Below are positions 9,170-20,587 of a stretch of 64,000 nucleotides of DNA, one piece after another (within the stretch, counting starts at the first letter, position 1; each line of letters starts with the position of its first letter). Both the position numbers and the translations under genes were made by a program. Source of the stretch: an uncultured Gammaproteobacteria bacterium (GTDB taxonomy: Bacteria; Pseudomonadota; Gammaproteobacteria; UBA9214); the NCBI GenBank assembly GCA_963773065.1, contig CAVYZN010000002.1:32001-96000 (forward strand), read 5' to 3'. The notes beneath the pieces were generated by a model that was given only the letters and a program-made list of their open reading frames with translations, did no database searches and was not told the DNA's origin.

Positions 9170-9361
9170 ATGTTAAAAATTAACGTTAGACAAAAAGGGA
9201 ATCGTCGCTGGAATCTACCCTATGAATTTCCCCTCGTGGACAGTCAAGGTATCCTGGTCATGCGGGACCGCAGAAGATTGCCTGATCGGCGCAAGGCCGC
9301 GTATGACCTTGATGATCTGAAGATTATTTTATCGAGGATGCTGGCAGCGCATGGCGACTGA
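9170..9361 (+). CDS. Small hypothetical protein
   Basis: ORF with FPLVDSQG..DRRRLPDRRK motif; AAGGA upstream. Confidence 0.55.
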   Translation: MLKINVRQKGNRRWNLPYEFPLVDSQGILVMRDRRRLPDRRKAAYDLDDLKIILSRMLAAHGD

Positions 9362-9412
9362 TTGATGGCTTGATACCATGTTTATTCATCGACAACAAGT
9401 ACCGGCAATATA

Positions 9413-9613
9413 TTTCTGATAGTTACACTACCTAGCAGTCTGCTGTCAATCGGCGCGGCGGCCGGTGTCGCGCTGATGAGCCAGGCGCGTGGTCAGTACA
9501 CCTTATACGGGCATCTCAGGTGGACACCGGCCATCCTGTTCGGCTATGCCGCGAGCATCCTGACTCACCTGTGGATCAATTCCGCAACTTTCCGGCTGTC
9601 CGTTTCAGGCTGA
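9413..9613 (+). pseudogene. nhaD: C-terminal remnant of Na+/H+ antiporter NhaD
   Basis: Frame FLIVTLPSSLLSIGAAAGVALMSQARGQYTLYGHLRWTPAILFGYAASILTHLWINS matches the NhaD C-terminus; in-frame stop at 9371-9373 and no start codon. Confidence 0.8.
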
Positions 9614-9636
9614 ACGGCTCGGCGGATGACTATCAG

Positions 9637-10353
9637 CTACTCCTCCATCCGGCGCCACACACAGGCGCCAGTATGCACCCGTTCAATCGCATCCAACCGC
9701 GCCCTATGCGCCTCAAGCTCCTCGGCGCTGGCCTGTATAACCCGCAAGGGCAGCCGGTCTGAGGGTAGCCGCCCGATGATGGACTGTGACCTTTCCCCGT
9801 GCATGTCGCTGCGGTTGTCAAGAGACAGCGCGGCCTGCCCTCCCGTCATCGCCAGGTAGACGTCGGCCAGTATTTCGGCATCCAGCAGCGCACCGTGCAG
9901 GTCGCGCTGTGAATTGTCTATTTGATAACGCTTGCACAGGGCATCGAGGTTGTTTCTCTGCCCCGGGTGCAGCCGGCGTGCCATTGCCAGCGTGTCAACG
10001 ATGCTGCAGTGTTCAGCAAGCGGTCCTACGGGTTCCTGTAGCAAGGCAAACTCATGGTTGATGAAACCGACGTCAAATGGCGCGTTATGGATGATGAGTT
10101 CCGCACCCCGGATAAACTCCAGGAAATCTCCCGCGATGTCGGCAAAGCGTGGTTTGTCGGCCAGAAACTGGTTGCTTATCCCATGCACTTCCCTGGCGCC
10201 TGCATCGATATCGCGGTCCGGCTGGATGTACTGATGGTAGGTGTTGCCGGTGATCCGCCGGTTCACCAGTTCGACACAGCCGATTTCAATAATCCGGTGA
10301 CCGTCGGATGGTTCCAGACCCGTGGTCTCGGTATCAAGTATGATCTGTCGCAT
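9637..10353 (-). CDS. dnaQ: DNA polymerase III epsilon subunit
   Basis: LDTETTG, HNAPFD, HGALLDAEILADVYLAMTGGQ. Confidence 0.97.
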   Translation of the reverse strand: MRQIILDTETTGLEPSDGHRIIEIGCVELVNRRITGNTYHQYIQPDRDIDAGAREVHGISNQFLADKPRFADIAGDFLEFIRGAELIIHNAPFDVGFINHEFALLQEPVGPLAEHCSIVDTLAMARRLHPGQRNNLDALCKRYQIDNSQRDLHGALLDAEILADVYLAMTGGQAALSLDNRSDMHGERSQSIIGRLPSDRLPLRVIQASAEELEAHRARLDAIERVHTGACVWRRMEE

Positions 10354-10395
10354 CGCTCATCCTGAAGGATCTGTCCTGGCTATTTAAAAAACCCT

Positions 10396-10523
10396 CCGCA
10401 GAGACGCAAAGGGCACAGAGTATCCATACTGGAAAAAGCTTGTCCATGTTCATCTGCTGTATTTCAGTCACTACACCCTGCAGATTCTTTGATCTTTGCG
10501 CCGTCTGCGTCTTTGCGGTGAAT
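10396..10523. repeat. Palindromic miniature element, copy B
   Basis: CCGCAGAGACGCAAAGGGCACAGAG ... CTTTGCGCCGTCTGCGTCTTTGCGGTGAAT between rnhA and dnaQ. Confidence 0.8.
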
Positions 10524-10530
10524 ACTCCGG

Positions 10531-10968
10531 TTATAAAAGCTCATCGATCGCCTTGTTGGCAAGCTCATCCGCCAGTTCGTTCTCCGGATGACCGCTGTGA
10601 CCTCTCACCCATTCCCATTGAATCTCGTGACTGGCGATCGCGGTATCCAGGCGTTGCCAGAGATCGGCGTTTTTGACCGGTTTCTTCGCCGCGGTCTTCC
10701 AGCCGTTGCGTTTCCAGTTCGCCATCCATTCCGTGATGCCCTTCTGGACATACTGGGAGTCGGTTGTCAGATGCACACGGCAGGGACGTTTCAGACTCTC
10801 CAGCGCGCGGATTGCCGCCATCAGTTCCATGCGGTTGTTCGTGGTGAGTCGCTCGGAGCCGTACAAGGTCTTCTCATGATTCTTGTAACGCAACACCGCA
10901 CCCCAGCCGCCCGGTCCCGGGTTACCGCGACAGGCGCCGTCAGTGTATATCTCAGCTACCGCTGACAC
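10531..10968 (-). CDS. rnhA: Ribonuclease HI
   Basis: [40 protein letters not shown]; GTG start inferred. Confidence 0.96.
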   Translation of the reverse strand: MSAVAEIYTDGACRGNPGPGGWGAVLRYKNHEKTLYGSERLTTNNRMELMAAIRALESLKRPCRVHLTTDSQYVQKGITEWMANWKRNGWKTAAKKPVKNADLWQRLDTAIASHEIQWEWVRGHSGHPENELADELANKAIDELL

Positions 10969-11039
10969 GCCGGATGTTTCTTTGACTGGAAGTGGGAATC
11001 CCGACCGGGAAGAGTTGCCGACGTCCGTTACGTACCGCT

Positions 11040-11735
11040 TTAATGCGGTGTCATGATCACCGTCCGTTTCCTGGCAACGAGAATATACGCGCCGGCCAGC
11101 AGCATCTGACCATTGCCGCGGGACGGTTCGAGAAAACGCAACCGACTCAGCAGGCGTGAATTCTGCACCGGTGGCCGATGAAATAGATATTGGCAATGCA
11201 GGGTATCGAACCCCAATAGGCTCAGCCAGTCCCTGATGCGACTCACGCTGAGGAAGCGCGCATTCCAGGGCATGTCCTGCGAGCGCCATGACAGCATGCG
11301 TCGCACTCCCCACAGACTCCATGGGTTGAATCCGATGATCACCAGGTGTCCATCCGGTATGAGACTGCGTTCCGCTTCTCGCAGCACCTGGTGCGGATCA
11401 ATGGTTATTTCAAGGGTATGCGGCAGGATAATGGCATCCAGGGTATCCGTCATGACTGGCCAGGTATCGGTGTGTCCGACGACGCCGGTATCGCCGCCAG
11501 AATCCATCTGAATCCGCTGGACGACATGGTGCGGTATGCGGCTGTCGGACAAGGTACAGGTTTCCCATGGAGGGTCGATCACCATCAGGTGATAACCAAA
11601 CAGGCCGGGAAGCTGCTCGGCAAGCGCAGACAGTTCGACATCAGCCAGCAGCCGTCCCAGCGGATAACGATACCAGTGGCGCAGCGAGGAAGCCCTGATG
11701 GGTACTGAATACTCCGTGTTCATAGCGTAAATCAT
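11040..11735 (-). CDS. Class I SAM-dependent methyltransferase (YafS-like)
   Basis: [33 protein letters not shown]; conserved position next to rnhA. Confidence 0.88.
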   Translation of the reverse strand: MIYAMNTEYSVPIRASSLRHWYRYPLGRLLADVELSALAEQLPGLFGYHLMVIDPPWETCTLSDSRIPHHVVQRIQMDSGGDTGVVGHTDTWPVMTDTLDAIILPHTLEITIDPHQVLREAERSLIPDGHLVIIGFNPWSLWGVRRMLSWRSQDMPWNARFLSVSRIRDWLSLLGFDTLHCQYLFHRPPVQNSRLLSRLRFLEPSRGNGQMLLAGAYILVARKRTVIMTPH

Positions 11736-11792
11736 ACCGCATCTGGCGAAGCGATGCCGGTAGCAAGTGTCATAAATCCGACATTGACCGAG

Positions 11793-11910
11793 TTTATCGA
11801 GCCTGCCAGCATACGTCGATAAGTATATCCAGGCATTGATACTCGCCGGTATCAGGAGGGAACCGATATGCTCCAGCAGTGACCCTGATCACACATTTCC
11901 TTTCAAGACC
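11793..11910 (+). pseudogene. Possible relic of glyoxalase II (gloB)
   Basis: At the usual gloB position; peptides LPAYVDKYIQAL (cf. LPAFxDNYIWxL) and LITH in another frame. Confidence 0.4.
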
Positions 11911-11937
11911 GATGTCTGCAGCGTCGATAAACTGCTC

Positions 11938-13527
11938 ATGAGAACTGCGAGAAATACTCTTAGCGTCGTCGCCATTCTGCTGACATCAGGCTGCGCATCG
12001 CTGAATCCCACACCGTCAAATCCACGATACGAGCACAGCCCCGACTCCGGCACCTCCCAGGAAAAAAACAGTTACGCAGAAACCCCAGCGGAATCTCCCG
12101 ACACACTGCAGAACGTGACTGAACAAGTGCCTGCCGGCGGTGCGTTCTGGCAGCAGGTTCGAGAGGGATTTCGCCTGTCCGCAGGTCATCACGAGGCGGT
12201 TACCAGCATGATCGGCTTCTACAGCCGCGAGGCCCGCCAGGTTGAACGCACCCTGCAACGCGGTGAACCCTATCTGGCTTATATTTACGGCGAGGTCAAC
12301 AAACGCAACTTCCCCAATGAAATCGTCCTGCTGCCTTTTATTGAAAGCGGCTACGATCCCTTCGCCTACTCGCAAGGAAATGCCGCCGGCCTGTGGCAGT
12401 TCATTCCCGGCACGGGATCAGTCTATGGTCTGAAACAGGACTGGTGGTACGACGGACGCAGGGATGTGGTGGCTTCAACGGATGCCGCGCTCAATTATCT
12501 ATACAAGCTGCAACAGGAATTCAATGGCGACTGGTTGCTCGCCCTGGCAGCCTATAATGCCGGCGAAGGCACGGTGCGCCAGGCAATAACACGCAACCAG
12601 GCAGCTGGCAAGCCGTTCGATTTCTGGCATCTCGATCTTCCACAGGAAACCTCATCCTACGTGCCCAAATTGCTGGCAATCAGCGCGATCGTCAAACAGC
12701 CGAGAAAGTACGGCATTCGCCTGTCGCCCGTCGCCAAAACCCCTTCCTTTACGGTCATAAATACGCACACTCAACTCGACCTCGCGGTCGCCGCCGACCT
12801 GGCGGACATGGACACGAAAGAACTCCAGCAACTTAATCCCGGTTTCAACCGCTGGGCCATGCACCCGCAAGGCCCACACCGCCTGGTGATACCCGCAGAA
12901 AAATCCGCCGTCTTCAAACAGAACCTTGCCGCTCTGCCTGTCTCGCAACGTGTCAAATGGGTGCGTCACAAGGTCCAGCGCGGTGAAACACTCAGTCGTA
13001 TCGCCGAACGCTACGATACTACGGTTGCCGTCCTGCGCATCACCAATGAAGTGCAGGGTAACAACATCCCCACGGGCAAACAGCTGCTTGTACCGTTAGC
13101 CGCCCAGGATCCCTCGCGTTATGCTTCTTTCATCAAGTTCAAACCCACGATGCAGGCCCACGGGAGAGAACTGACATACCAGGTAAAAAGCGGTGACAGC
13201 CTGTGGACGATTGCGCGCACCCACAACGTCAGCATCAAACAGCTTTCGCAATGGAACAATCTCGCTTCCGCCACGGCGATAAAGCCGGGCCAGCAACTTA
13301 CCATACGGCAGCAAAACGGTGCGCCGCAGGCCGGCAACACCGTCAGATCGGTCAACTACACGGTACGCAGGGGAGATACCCTGTTTCTTATCTCGCAGAA
13401 ATTCAATGTCAGCATCAACGACCTGAAGGAATGGAACGACCTTGAGAAGAAAAAATACCTCAAGCCCGGGCAGAAGCTGAAACTCTATATCGATGTCGCC
13501 CGGCTGTCACAGGATAATCAGGGTTAA
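11938..13527 (+). CDS. mltD: Membrane-bound lytic murein transglycosylase D (SLT + 3 LysM)
   Basis: Lipobox LTSGC, LPFIES, AAGLWQF, LALAAYNAGEG, LysM repeats. Confidence 0.93.
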   Translation: MRTARNTLSVVAILLTSGCASLNPTPSNPRYEHSPDSGTSQEKNSYAETPAESPDTLQNVTEQVPAGGAFWQQVREGFRLSAGHHEAVTSMIGFYSREARQVERTLQRGEPYLAYIYGEVNKRNFPNEIVLLPFIESGYDPFAYSQGNAAGLWQFIPGTGSVYGLKQDWWYDGRRDVVASTDAALNYLYKLQQEFNGDWLLALAAYNAGEGTVRQAITRNQAAGKPFDFWHLDLPQETSSYVPKLLAISAIVKQPRKYGIRLSPVAKTPSFTVINTHTQLDLAVAADLADMDTKELQQLNPGFNRWAMHPQGPHRLVIPAEKSAVFKQNLAALPVSQRVKWVRHKVQRGETLSRIAERYDTTVAVLRITNEVQGNNIPTGKQLLVPLAAQDPSRYASFIKFKPTMQAHGRELTYQVKSGDSLWTIARTHNVSIKQLSQWNNLASATAIKPGQQLTIRQQNGAPQAGNTVRSVNYTVRRGDTLFLISQKFNVSINDLKEWNDLEKKKYLKPGQKLKLYIDVARLSQDNQG

Positions 13528-13683
13528 TTCGCATCCCTGGCCGACGTCAGCCACCCCGATTGATTGAGGGTATGCCTCAACCGGTTTCGCGCAACGTGCG
13601 CCGCGGTTATGATGTAACGCCTGGCGTCCTCTGAATCCTCGCGTATCCCGACTCCCCTTGTAAAAAACACGCACGACGTCGAA

Positions 13684-15171
13684 CTACACCTCGGGCCGCA
13701 TGTGGGGAAACAGCAGCACATCGCGGATGGACGGTGAATCGGTGAACAACATGACAAGCCGATCGATACCGATACCCTCGCCCGCCGTAGGCGGCATGCC
13801 ATGCTCCAGGGCACGGATATAATCGGCATCGAAGTGCATCGCCTCCAGGTCGCCGGCGGCTTTCTCCTCGACCTGCCTGCGGAAACGTTCGGCCTGGTCT
13901 TCGGCGTCGTTCAACTCGGAAAACCCGTTGGCGATCTCACGCCCCCCCACGAAGAACTCGAAACGGTCGGTGACGAACGAATCAGCGTCATTGCGCCTGG
14001 CGAGCGGAGAAACCTCTGTCGGGTAGGCGGTGATAAAGGTCGGTTCGATGAGCCGCTCCTCCACTGTTTTCTCGAAGATCTCGACCTGGATCTTGCCCAG
14101 CCCGTAGCTGTCCTTCACGACGATTCCCAGCCTGCCGGCCAGTGTCCGCGCCTTGCCCAGCTCATCGATATCCCCGGCCGCGATGCCGGGATTGAACTGC
14201 AGGATCGAGTCCCGCACCGTCATGCGTTGAAACGGATTGCCGAAATCATACCGCTGACCCTGGTATTCAATCGTGGTTGTACCCAGCAGGTCAGACGCCA
14301 TGCCGACCAGCAGATCCTCGGTCAGGTCCATCAGATCATGGTAGTCGGCATAGGCCTGATAGAACTCCAGCATGGTGAATTCGGGATTGTGCTTGGCCGA
14401 GAGTCCCTCATTGCGGAAATTGCGGTTTATCTCGTAGACCCGTTCATAACCGCCAACGACGAGTCGTTTCAGGTACAACTCCGGGGCAATGCGCAGGAAC
14501 AGGTCCATGTCCAGGGCATTATGGTAGGTGGAGAACGGACGTGCCGTTGCCCCGCCGGGTATCGCCTGCATCATGGGGGTTTCGACTTCAAGGAAGTCCC
14601 GGTCGTTCAGGTACTGGCGGATATACTGGACCATGCGGCTGCGCATGCGGAAGGTCTTGCGCGAGACCTCGTTCATGATGAGATCGATGTAGCGTTGCCG
14701 GTAACGCGTTTCCTGGTCCGCCAGGCCGTGAAATTTTTCCGGCAGCGGCCGCAATGACTTGGTCAGGATCCGAATCGACTCGATCTTGATGGACAGTTCA
14801 CCGGTTTTGGTCCGGAACAGCACGCCCTCGGCGCCGACGATATCGCCGATGTCCCAGCTCTTGAAGTCCTGGTAGACGCCCTCCGGCAAGGTATCGCGCT
14901 GCAGGTACAGTTGAATACGCCCGGACATATCCTGCAACTGGGCGAAGCTGGCCTTGCCCATGACGCGCTTTGCCATCAGCCGCCCGGCGACCTTGACGCG
15001 CACGGGCGAGGCTTCCAGTGCGTCATTGTCCTTTTGATCATATTCCGCATGCAACTCACCGGCGATGGCATCACGCCGGAAGTCGTTCGGAAAGGCATTG
15101 CCCGCCTCGCGCAGGGCATTCAGCTTGGCGCGTCGCTGGGCGATGAGGGCGTGTTCTTCCTGGGTTGTCAT
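13684..15171 (-). CDS. lysS: Lysine--tRNA ligase
   Basis: [34 protein letters not shown]. Confidence 0.98.
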   Translation of the reverse strand: MTTQEEHALIAQRRAKLNALREAGNAFPNDFRRDAIAGELHAEYDQKDNDALEASPVRVKVAGRLMAKRVMGKASFAQLQDMSGRIQLYLQRDTLPEGVYQDFKSWDIGDIVGAEGVLFRTKTGELSIKIESIRILTKSLRPLPEKFHGLADQETRYRQRYIDLIMNEVSRKTFRMRSRMVQYIRQYLNDRDFLEVETPMMQAIPGGATARPFSTYHNALDMDLFLRIAPELYLKRLVVGGYERVYEINRNFRNEGLSAKHNPEFTMLEFYQAYADYHDLMDLTEDLLVGMASDLLGTTTIEYQGQRYDFGNPFQRMTVRDSILQFNPGIAAGDIDELGKARTLAGRLGIVVKDSYGLGKIQVEIFEKTVEERLIEPTFITAYPTEVSPLARRNDADSFVTDRFEFFVGGREIANGFSELNDAEDQAERFRRQVEEKAAGDLEAMHFDADYIRALEHGMPPTAGEGIGIDRLVMLFTDSPSIRDVLLFPHMRPEV

Positions 15172-15258
15172 GAATTCGTCCTGGTATCGGCAAGTATCCA
15201 GCGGCATAACGCGGGATGCACACGCCGCGCACAGACCGGGCACGGGTACACCACTGTC

Positions 15259-16357
15259 TTATAACCCGCTCTTCAGGCTGGCCTCGATGAACAGGTCCAG
15301 ATCACCATCCAGCACGGCCTGGGTGTTGCCCACCTCGATCCCGGTGCGCAAATCCTTGATGCGCGACTGGTCCAGCACATAGGAGCGGATCTGGCTGCCC
15401 CAGCCGATGTCCGACTTGGTGTCTTCCAGCGCCTGCTGGTCGACACGGCGTTTCTGCATCTCAAGTTCGTAGAGTTTGGACTTGAGCTGTTTCATGGCCG
15501 TCGCCTTGTTTTTGTGCTGGGAACGGTCACTCTGACACTGCACCACGATACCGCTGGGCGCGTGGGTGATGCGCACCGCCGACTCCGTCCGGTTCACATG
15601 CTGACCGCCCGCGCCGCTGGCCCGGTAGACGTCGATGCGCAGATCGGCCGGATTGATTTCGATGTCGATATCGTCCGCGATCTCGGGAGAGACGAACACC
15701 GCCGCAAACGAAGTGTGCCGGCGGTTGCCGGAATCAAACGGCGACTTGCGCACCAGGCGGTGTACGCCCGTTTCGGTGCGCAGCCAGCCGTAGGCATACG
15801 GCCCCTCGAATTTGACTGTCGCGCTCTTGATGCCCGCGACCTCGCCCGGCGACGCCTCGATCAGTTCGGTAATGAATCCGTGACGTTCACCCCAGCGCAG
15901 GTACATCCGCAACAGCATCTCCGCCCAGTCCTGTGCCTCGGTACCACCGGAGCCCGACTGGATATCCAGGAAGGCATTCTCAGGGTCCATCTCCCCGGAG
16001 AACATGCGCTGGAACTCCAGCCGGCTGATATCCGCTTCCAGCCGACCGACATCGCCCCCGATCGCATCGAGGATATCCTCATCACCTTCTTCCGCGGCAA
16101 CCTCGAGGAGCTCGTCGGCATCACGCAGTGCCTGGAACATCCTGGTGAGGGTATGCACCACCTCCTCCAGGCGGGCCCGTTCGCGCCCGAGTTCCTGCGC
16201 GCGCTCCGGGTTGTTCCAGATATCGGGTGCTTCCAGCTCCCGGATTACTTCGGTCAGCCGTTCTCCCTTGGCATCGAGGTCAAAGATACCCCCTAAGGGC
16301 GGCCGATCGCCCGCCAAGGTCCTTGATCAGGGCACGTAAAGCATTCAGGTCAGGCAT
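15259..16357 (-). CDS. prfB: Peptide chain release factor 2 (programmed +1 frameshift)
   Basis: [25 protein letters not shown] then +1 shift; SPF and GGQ motifs. Confidence 0.97.
16279..16294 (-). promoter_or_regulatory. prfB autoregulatory frameshift site
   Basis: AGGGGG-TAT-CTT-TGA-C on the minus strand. Confidence 0.95.
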
Positions 16358-16593
16358 GTCGGAACACGTCGGCAGGATAAGAAAATCAAGTCCGTCATGA
16401 TACAACTGTTATTCAGTAGAGACTAGCGACACCCGGACTCCGGTGACGGCCGGCGCGGGTCTGCCTGATGTAACGAACTCCGTAGGCATGAAGAGGGCCG
16501 CAACCGTCAACTGGCCCCGTCGGATCATGAATCGACCGGCCATGGACGTGTTGAGGGTGGCAGCACTTATACCACGCCCGGTCGGCCTGGGAC

Positions 16594-18319
16594 TCAGCCA
16601 TGTTCGATGTGTTCAACGGCCAGTTGCGCGCTTTCGACACCTCGGTATTCATTGACGTCGAGACGATAGACCAGACGCGCTACCCGGCAGGTCGCGGGCA
16701 ATGGGCCGGTGCCAAACGCAATTCCCTCGATTCGCCGGCTGCCATCGATCGGCCTCAAGAACATTTTCAGATGCCGTTCACCGACCACGCGCTGCTCCAG
16801 GATCTCGAAATTGCCGTCAAATTGCGGCGCCGGGAATCCCTGCCCCCAGGGGCCCGCATCGCGCAGCAGTTTCGCGGTCGTCAGGGAAAATTCCTCATCG
16901 GCAAGCGGCCCGTCGGTATAGATGACGCCCTGCCGATCCTCTTCCGAGAGTAGCCGGGAGGCCTCCGCGGCGAAGGCGGCCACAAAGGCCGGGAGGTGCT
17001 CCTCGGTCAGCGTCAGCCCGGCGGCCATGGCGTGACCGCCGAAACGGCTGATCAGTTCGGGATGCCGGGTGGCGACCGCTTCGAGCGCATCCCGGATATG
17101 CAGGCCCGCGACGGATCGCGCCGACCCCTTCAATTCACCCTTACCGCCGCGGGCGAAGGCGATCACCGGGCGATGGAAACGCTCCTTGATGCGCGCCGCC
17201 AGGATACCGATGACGCCCTGGTGCCACTGCGGGTCAAACAGGCAGAGTCCGGCCGGCAGTTCCTGCGTATCCAGTCCCAGCGCCTCGATGGCAGCCAGCG
17301 CCTGCGCCTGCATGCCGGCTTCGATGTCCTTGCGGTCGCGGTTGAGCGTATCGAGCCGGGCCGCCATGGCGCGCGCGTCGGCGTCGCTGTCCGTCAGCAG
17401 GCATTCGATGCCGAGCGACATGTCCTCCAGGCGTCCGGCCGCATTCAGGCGCGGCCCGACGACGAAGCCGAGATCGGCCGCGACGGCACGCCCAGGCGTT
17501 CTGCCGGCGACCTCCAGCAGCGCCCGTATACCCGGTGCGCAGCGCCCGGCGCGGATGCGCTGCAGGCCCTGCTGGACGAGTATCCGGTTATTGCGATCGA
17601 GCGGCACCACATCGGCCACCGTCCCCAGCGCGACCAGGTCCAGGAACTGCCCCAGATTCGGTTCCGAAAGGCCCTGCCGGGTGAACCAGCCCCGCGCGCG
17701 CAAACCCGCCCGCAGCGCCAGCATGACATAAAAGGCCACCCCGACACCGGCGAGGTTCCGGCCGGGGAACCCCTCACCGTGAAGGCTGGGGTTGACGATG
17801 GCGTTCGCGCAGCGGCAGGTCTGCGCCGGGCAGATGGTGATCCGTGATCAGCACTCGTATGCCGCGTTCCCTGGCGGCCGCGACCCCGGCGAGGCTGGAG
17901 ATGCCGTTATCCACGGTGACGATGAGATCCGGCCGCATCGTAGCGGCGACCTCGACGATCTCCGGGGTCAGTCCGTAACCGTATTCGAAGCGGTTGGGGA
18001 CGAGGTAATGCACGTCCGTCGCACCCATGCTACGCAAGGCCCGCAGGCACAGGGCGCAGCTTGTCGCCCCGTCGGCGTCGAAGTCGCCGACCACGACGAT
18101 CCGCCAGCCTGCTTCAATCGCCTCACTCAGCAGGCCGACGGCCTGCTCCAGACCGCCCAGCCGATCCGGCGGCAGCAGCTTGTCCAGAGCGTAATCCAGA
18201 TCCGCGGCGCATTCGATGGCGCGCGCCGCATACACCCGTTGCAGGACCGGGGGCAGGCCCGCCGGCAAGCGCTCCGGTGCCGTGATCAGGCGACGGCGCA
18301 GGATGCGTCTAGCCGCCAT
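16594..18319 (-). CDS. recJ: ssDNA exonuclease RecJ (frameshift near 17810, probably sequencing error)
   Basis: GDFDADG, TVDNG, TDHH, LGTVADVV, GGHAMAAG split over two ORFs. Confidence 0.93.
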
Positions 18320-19362
18320 GTCCACAGTGCCACGCGAGCGAGCGGTCACGTTTCCAGATCTGCCGCAACCGCCACCGGCTGATCGCGTAGCGCTTCCCGT
18401 TGACGGGGTAGAGATCCAGACGAGCGATACGACCCTGTTCGAGCATGCCCAGCAACGGACCGAACCAGGCCTGTTCCAGCCGGGTGATAGCGTCTGCCCA
18501 GGATTGCGCATCACCGTAGCGGCAAAGCGGCTCCAGCCGGTCCAGCATCACCAGAATAATCCCGCCCCGTGATATCCACCGGCAGGTCGGTGGCATTCTC
18601 CGGCACACCCCGGCAGGGTATACCCGCCAGCCGCGCGAGTCCCTGCAGCAGCGGATGGCCGGCAAACGCGTGGGTAACCGCGGTGCGTTACCCGCCGTGG
18701 CAGGCACCCGCCACCCCAGGGCCAGATACTGTTGATGACGGGTTCGCCGCGCCGCTCCCGCGCCTGGTTGACCGGGTGGTCATGGAACAGCATCTGCACG
18801 TCATTCAGGAACGCATGCCATGGCGCGCCGGCCTCACCGTGCGGCAGGCCATCCTTGATATCCCGGCCGGCGAGCCGCATGGGCGCCACCGTCGTGACCG
18901 CCGGTGCTTCGCCCAGGGTCAGATACCAGCGCTGCGGCAGCGGGGCGTCCAGATGCCGGCCCTGACCGCGGTAATAGTCGTTGAACGCGGTCACCAGGTC
19001 GCGGGCTTCCTGCGCGTCGATGGCAAATGTCGTGCTGTCGAACAGGCGCAGGCAGGCCTGGTCGGCACGCAGATGGACGGGGTCGGCGCGCATGATAAAC
19101 CCCGGCGCACGTTCGCCGCTGTCGGCCAGCCAGGTCAGCGGGGCTACCGCCAGGGAGGCGCCATCACCGCCGGACATCTGAAAGAAGCCACCCAGCGCGT
19201 GTTCCGCATCGAGCGCGGGCCAGTCCTCGACGCGGGCGCGCGACAGCAGCCGCTCTAGCGCCGGCAGACTCCGCCGCCGGATAGGCCGGTGGCGGGCGTA
19301 TCGGACGACGGCCCGCAGAGAGCCGGTATCACCAACGCGACGCGGCAAAGTTCTTCAGTCAA
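18309..19362 (-). CDS. Conserved protein with phosphoglycerate-mutase-like/alkaline-phosphatase-like fold (frameshifted)
   Basis: RADPVHLRAD, QMLFHDHPVNQARERRGEPVINSIWPWGGG; typical thrC-recJ neighbour; pieces in several frames. Confidence 0.7.
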
Positions 19363-19396
19363 GAGGCTGTCGTGTCATGGTGTACATCACGGCTAT

Positions 19397-20539
19397 TCAC
19401 GCCAGATTTTCAAGGATCGCCCGCTTGACCGCCTCCAGTTTGGCATCCACCGTCAACATGCCGCCTTCACATTGCCGGATGGCCGTGTCCGGATCCTTGA
19501 GGCCGTGTCCGGTCAGGGTGCAGACCACGCGGCTGCCCTCCGGAATCCGCCCGGAGCGGATATCGCGCAAGGCCCCGGCGACCGAGGTGGCGGAAGCCGG
19601 TTCGCAAAAGATCCCTTCACGGGAGGTCAGCAGTTTCTGTGCGGCCAGGATTTCCGCGTCGCTGCATTCATCAAACCAGCCGCCGGATTCCTCCTGGACT
19701 TTCCAGGCGCTGTCCCACGACTGGGGATGGCCGATGCGGATGGCGGTGGCCACGGTTTCCGGGTGATCGACCATCTCACCGCGCAGGAACGGCGCCGATC
19801 CGCTGGCCTGGTAGCCGACCATGACCGGACGCGCGTCGGTCACCCCGCGGCCGGCGTAACGGCACTGCCCCGCACAGTATTTGCAGGCGGCCGTGACCGG
19901 ACCCTCGCCGCGGTGGGCGTATTCGCAATAACCGATCCAGTGCGCGGTGATGTTGCCGGCATTGCCGACCGGCAGACAGTGGTAGTCCGGGGCCCGGCCC
20001 AGCGCATCGACGATTTCGAAGGCGGCCGTCTTCTGCCCCTGCAGACGATAAGGATTGATGGAGTTCACGATGGTTACCGGCGCATGATCGGCCACCTCCT
20101 TGACCAGGCGCATGCCATCGTCGAAATTGCCGCGTATCTGGATCACCACCGCCCCGTGGATCATCGCCTGCGCCAGCTTACCGAGCGCGATCTTGCCTTC
20201 CGGGATGATCACGAAGGCGGCAATGCCGGCGCGGGCGGCATAGGCGGCGGCGGCCGCCGAGGTGTTGCCGGTCGAAGCGCACAGCACGGCGCGGCTGCCC
20301 TCTTCCACGGCCCGGGTCACGGCCATGCTCATGCCGCGGTCCTTGAAAGAACACGTCGGGTTGAGTCCTTCGTACTTGACGTAGAGCTCGACTTCCCTGC
20401 CGATTTCACGCGGTATGTTTTCCAGCCTGACCAGCGGGGTATTGCCCTCGCCGAGGCTGATGATGCGCGTGCCCTCGCTAACCGGCAGGCGGTCGCGGTA
20501 GTGTTCGATCAGACCCGTGTAGCGTGACCCTGTGGACAT
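19397..20539 (-). CDS. thrC: Threonine synthase
   Basis: [37 protein letters not shown]. Confidence 0.96.
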   Translation of the reverse strand: MSTGSRYTGLIEHYRDRLPVSEGTRIISLGEGNTPLVRLENIPREIGREVELYVKYEGLNPTCSFKDRGMSMAVTRAVEEGSRAVLCASTGNTSAAAAAYAARAGIAAFVIIPEGKIALGKLAQAMIHGAVVIQIRGNFDDGMRLVKEVADHAPVTIVNSINPYRLQGQKTAAFEIVDALGRAPDYHCLPVGNAGNITAHWIGYCEYAHRGEGPVTAACKYCAGQCRYAGRGVTDARPVMVGYQASGSAPFLRGEMVDHPETVATAIRIGHPQSWDSAWKVQEESGGWFDECSDAEILAAQKLLTSREGIFCEPASATSVAGALRDIRSGRIPEGSRVVCTLTGHGLKDPDTAIRQCEGGMLTVDAKLEAVKRAILENLA

Positions 20540-20587
20540 GCGGTGATTCCTTGCCGATACGCAGGCGGTTTGGTGAGCGAGCTCGTG

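Noticed and set aside
9140-9170. c-di-GMP-I riboswitch (GACGCAAAAC..GGCTAA)
   Set aside because: Lacks the upstream GGCAAAC/GNRA stem and the P1 pairing
16279-16294. prfB frameshift as a novelty
   Set aside because: Canonical, well-known CTT-TGA-C autoregulatory site
16460-16495. Hammerhead ribozyme between recJ and prfB
   Set aside because: CTGATG is present but the CUGAUGA/GAAA core and the three stems are not
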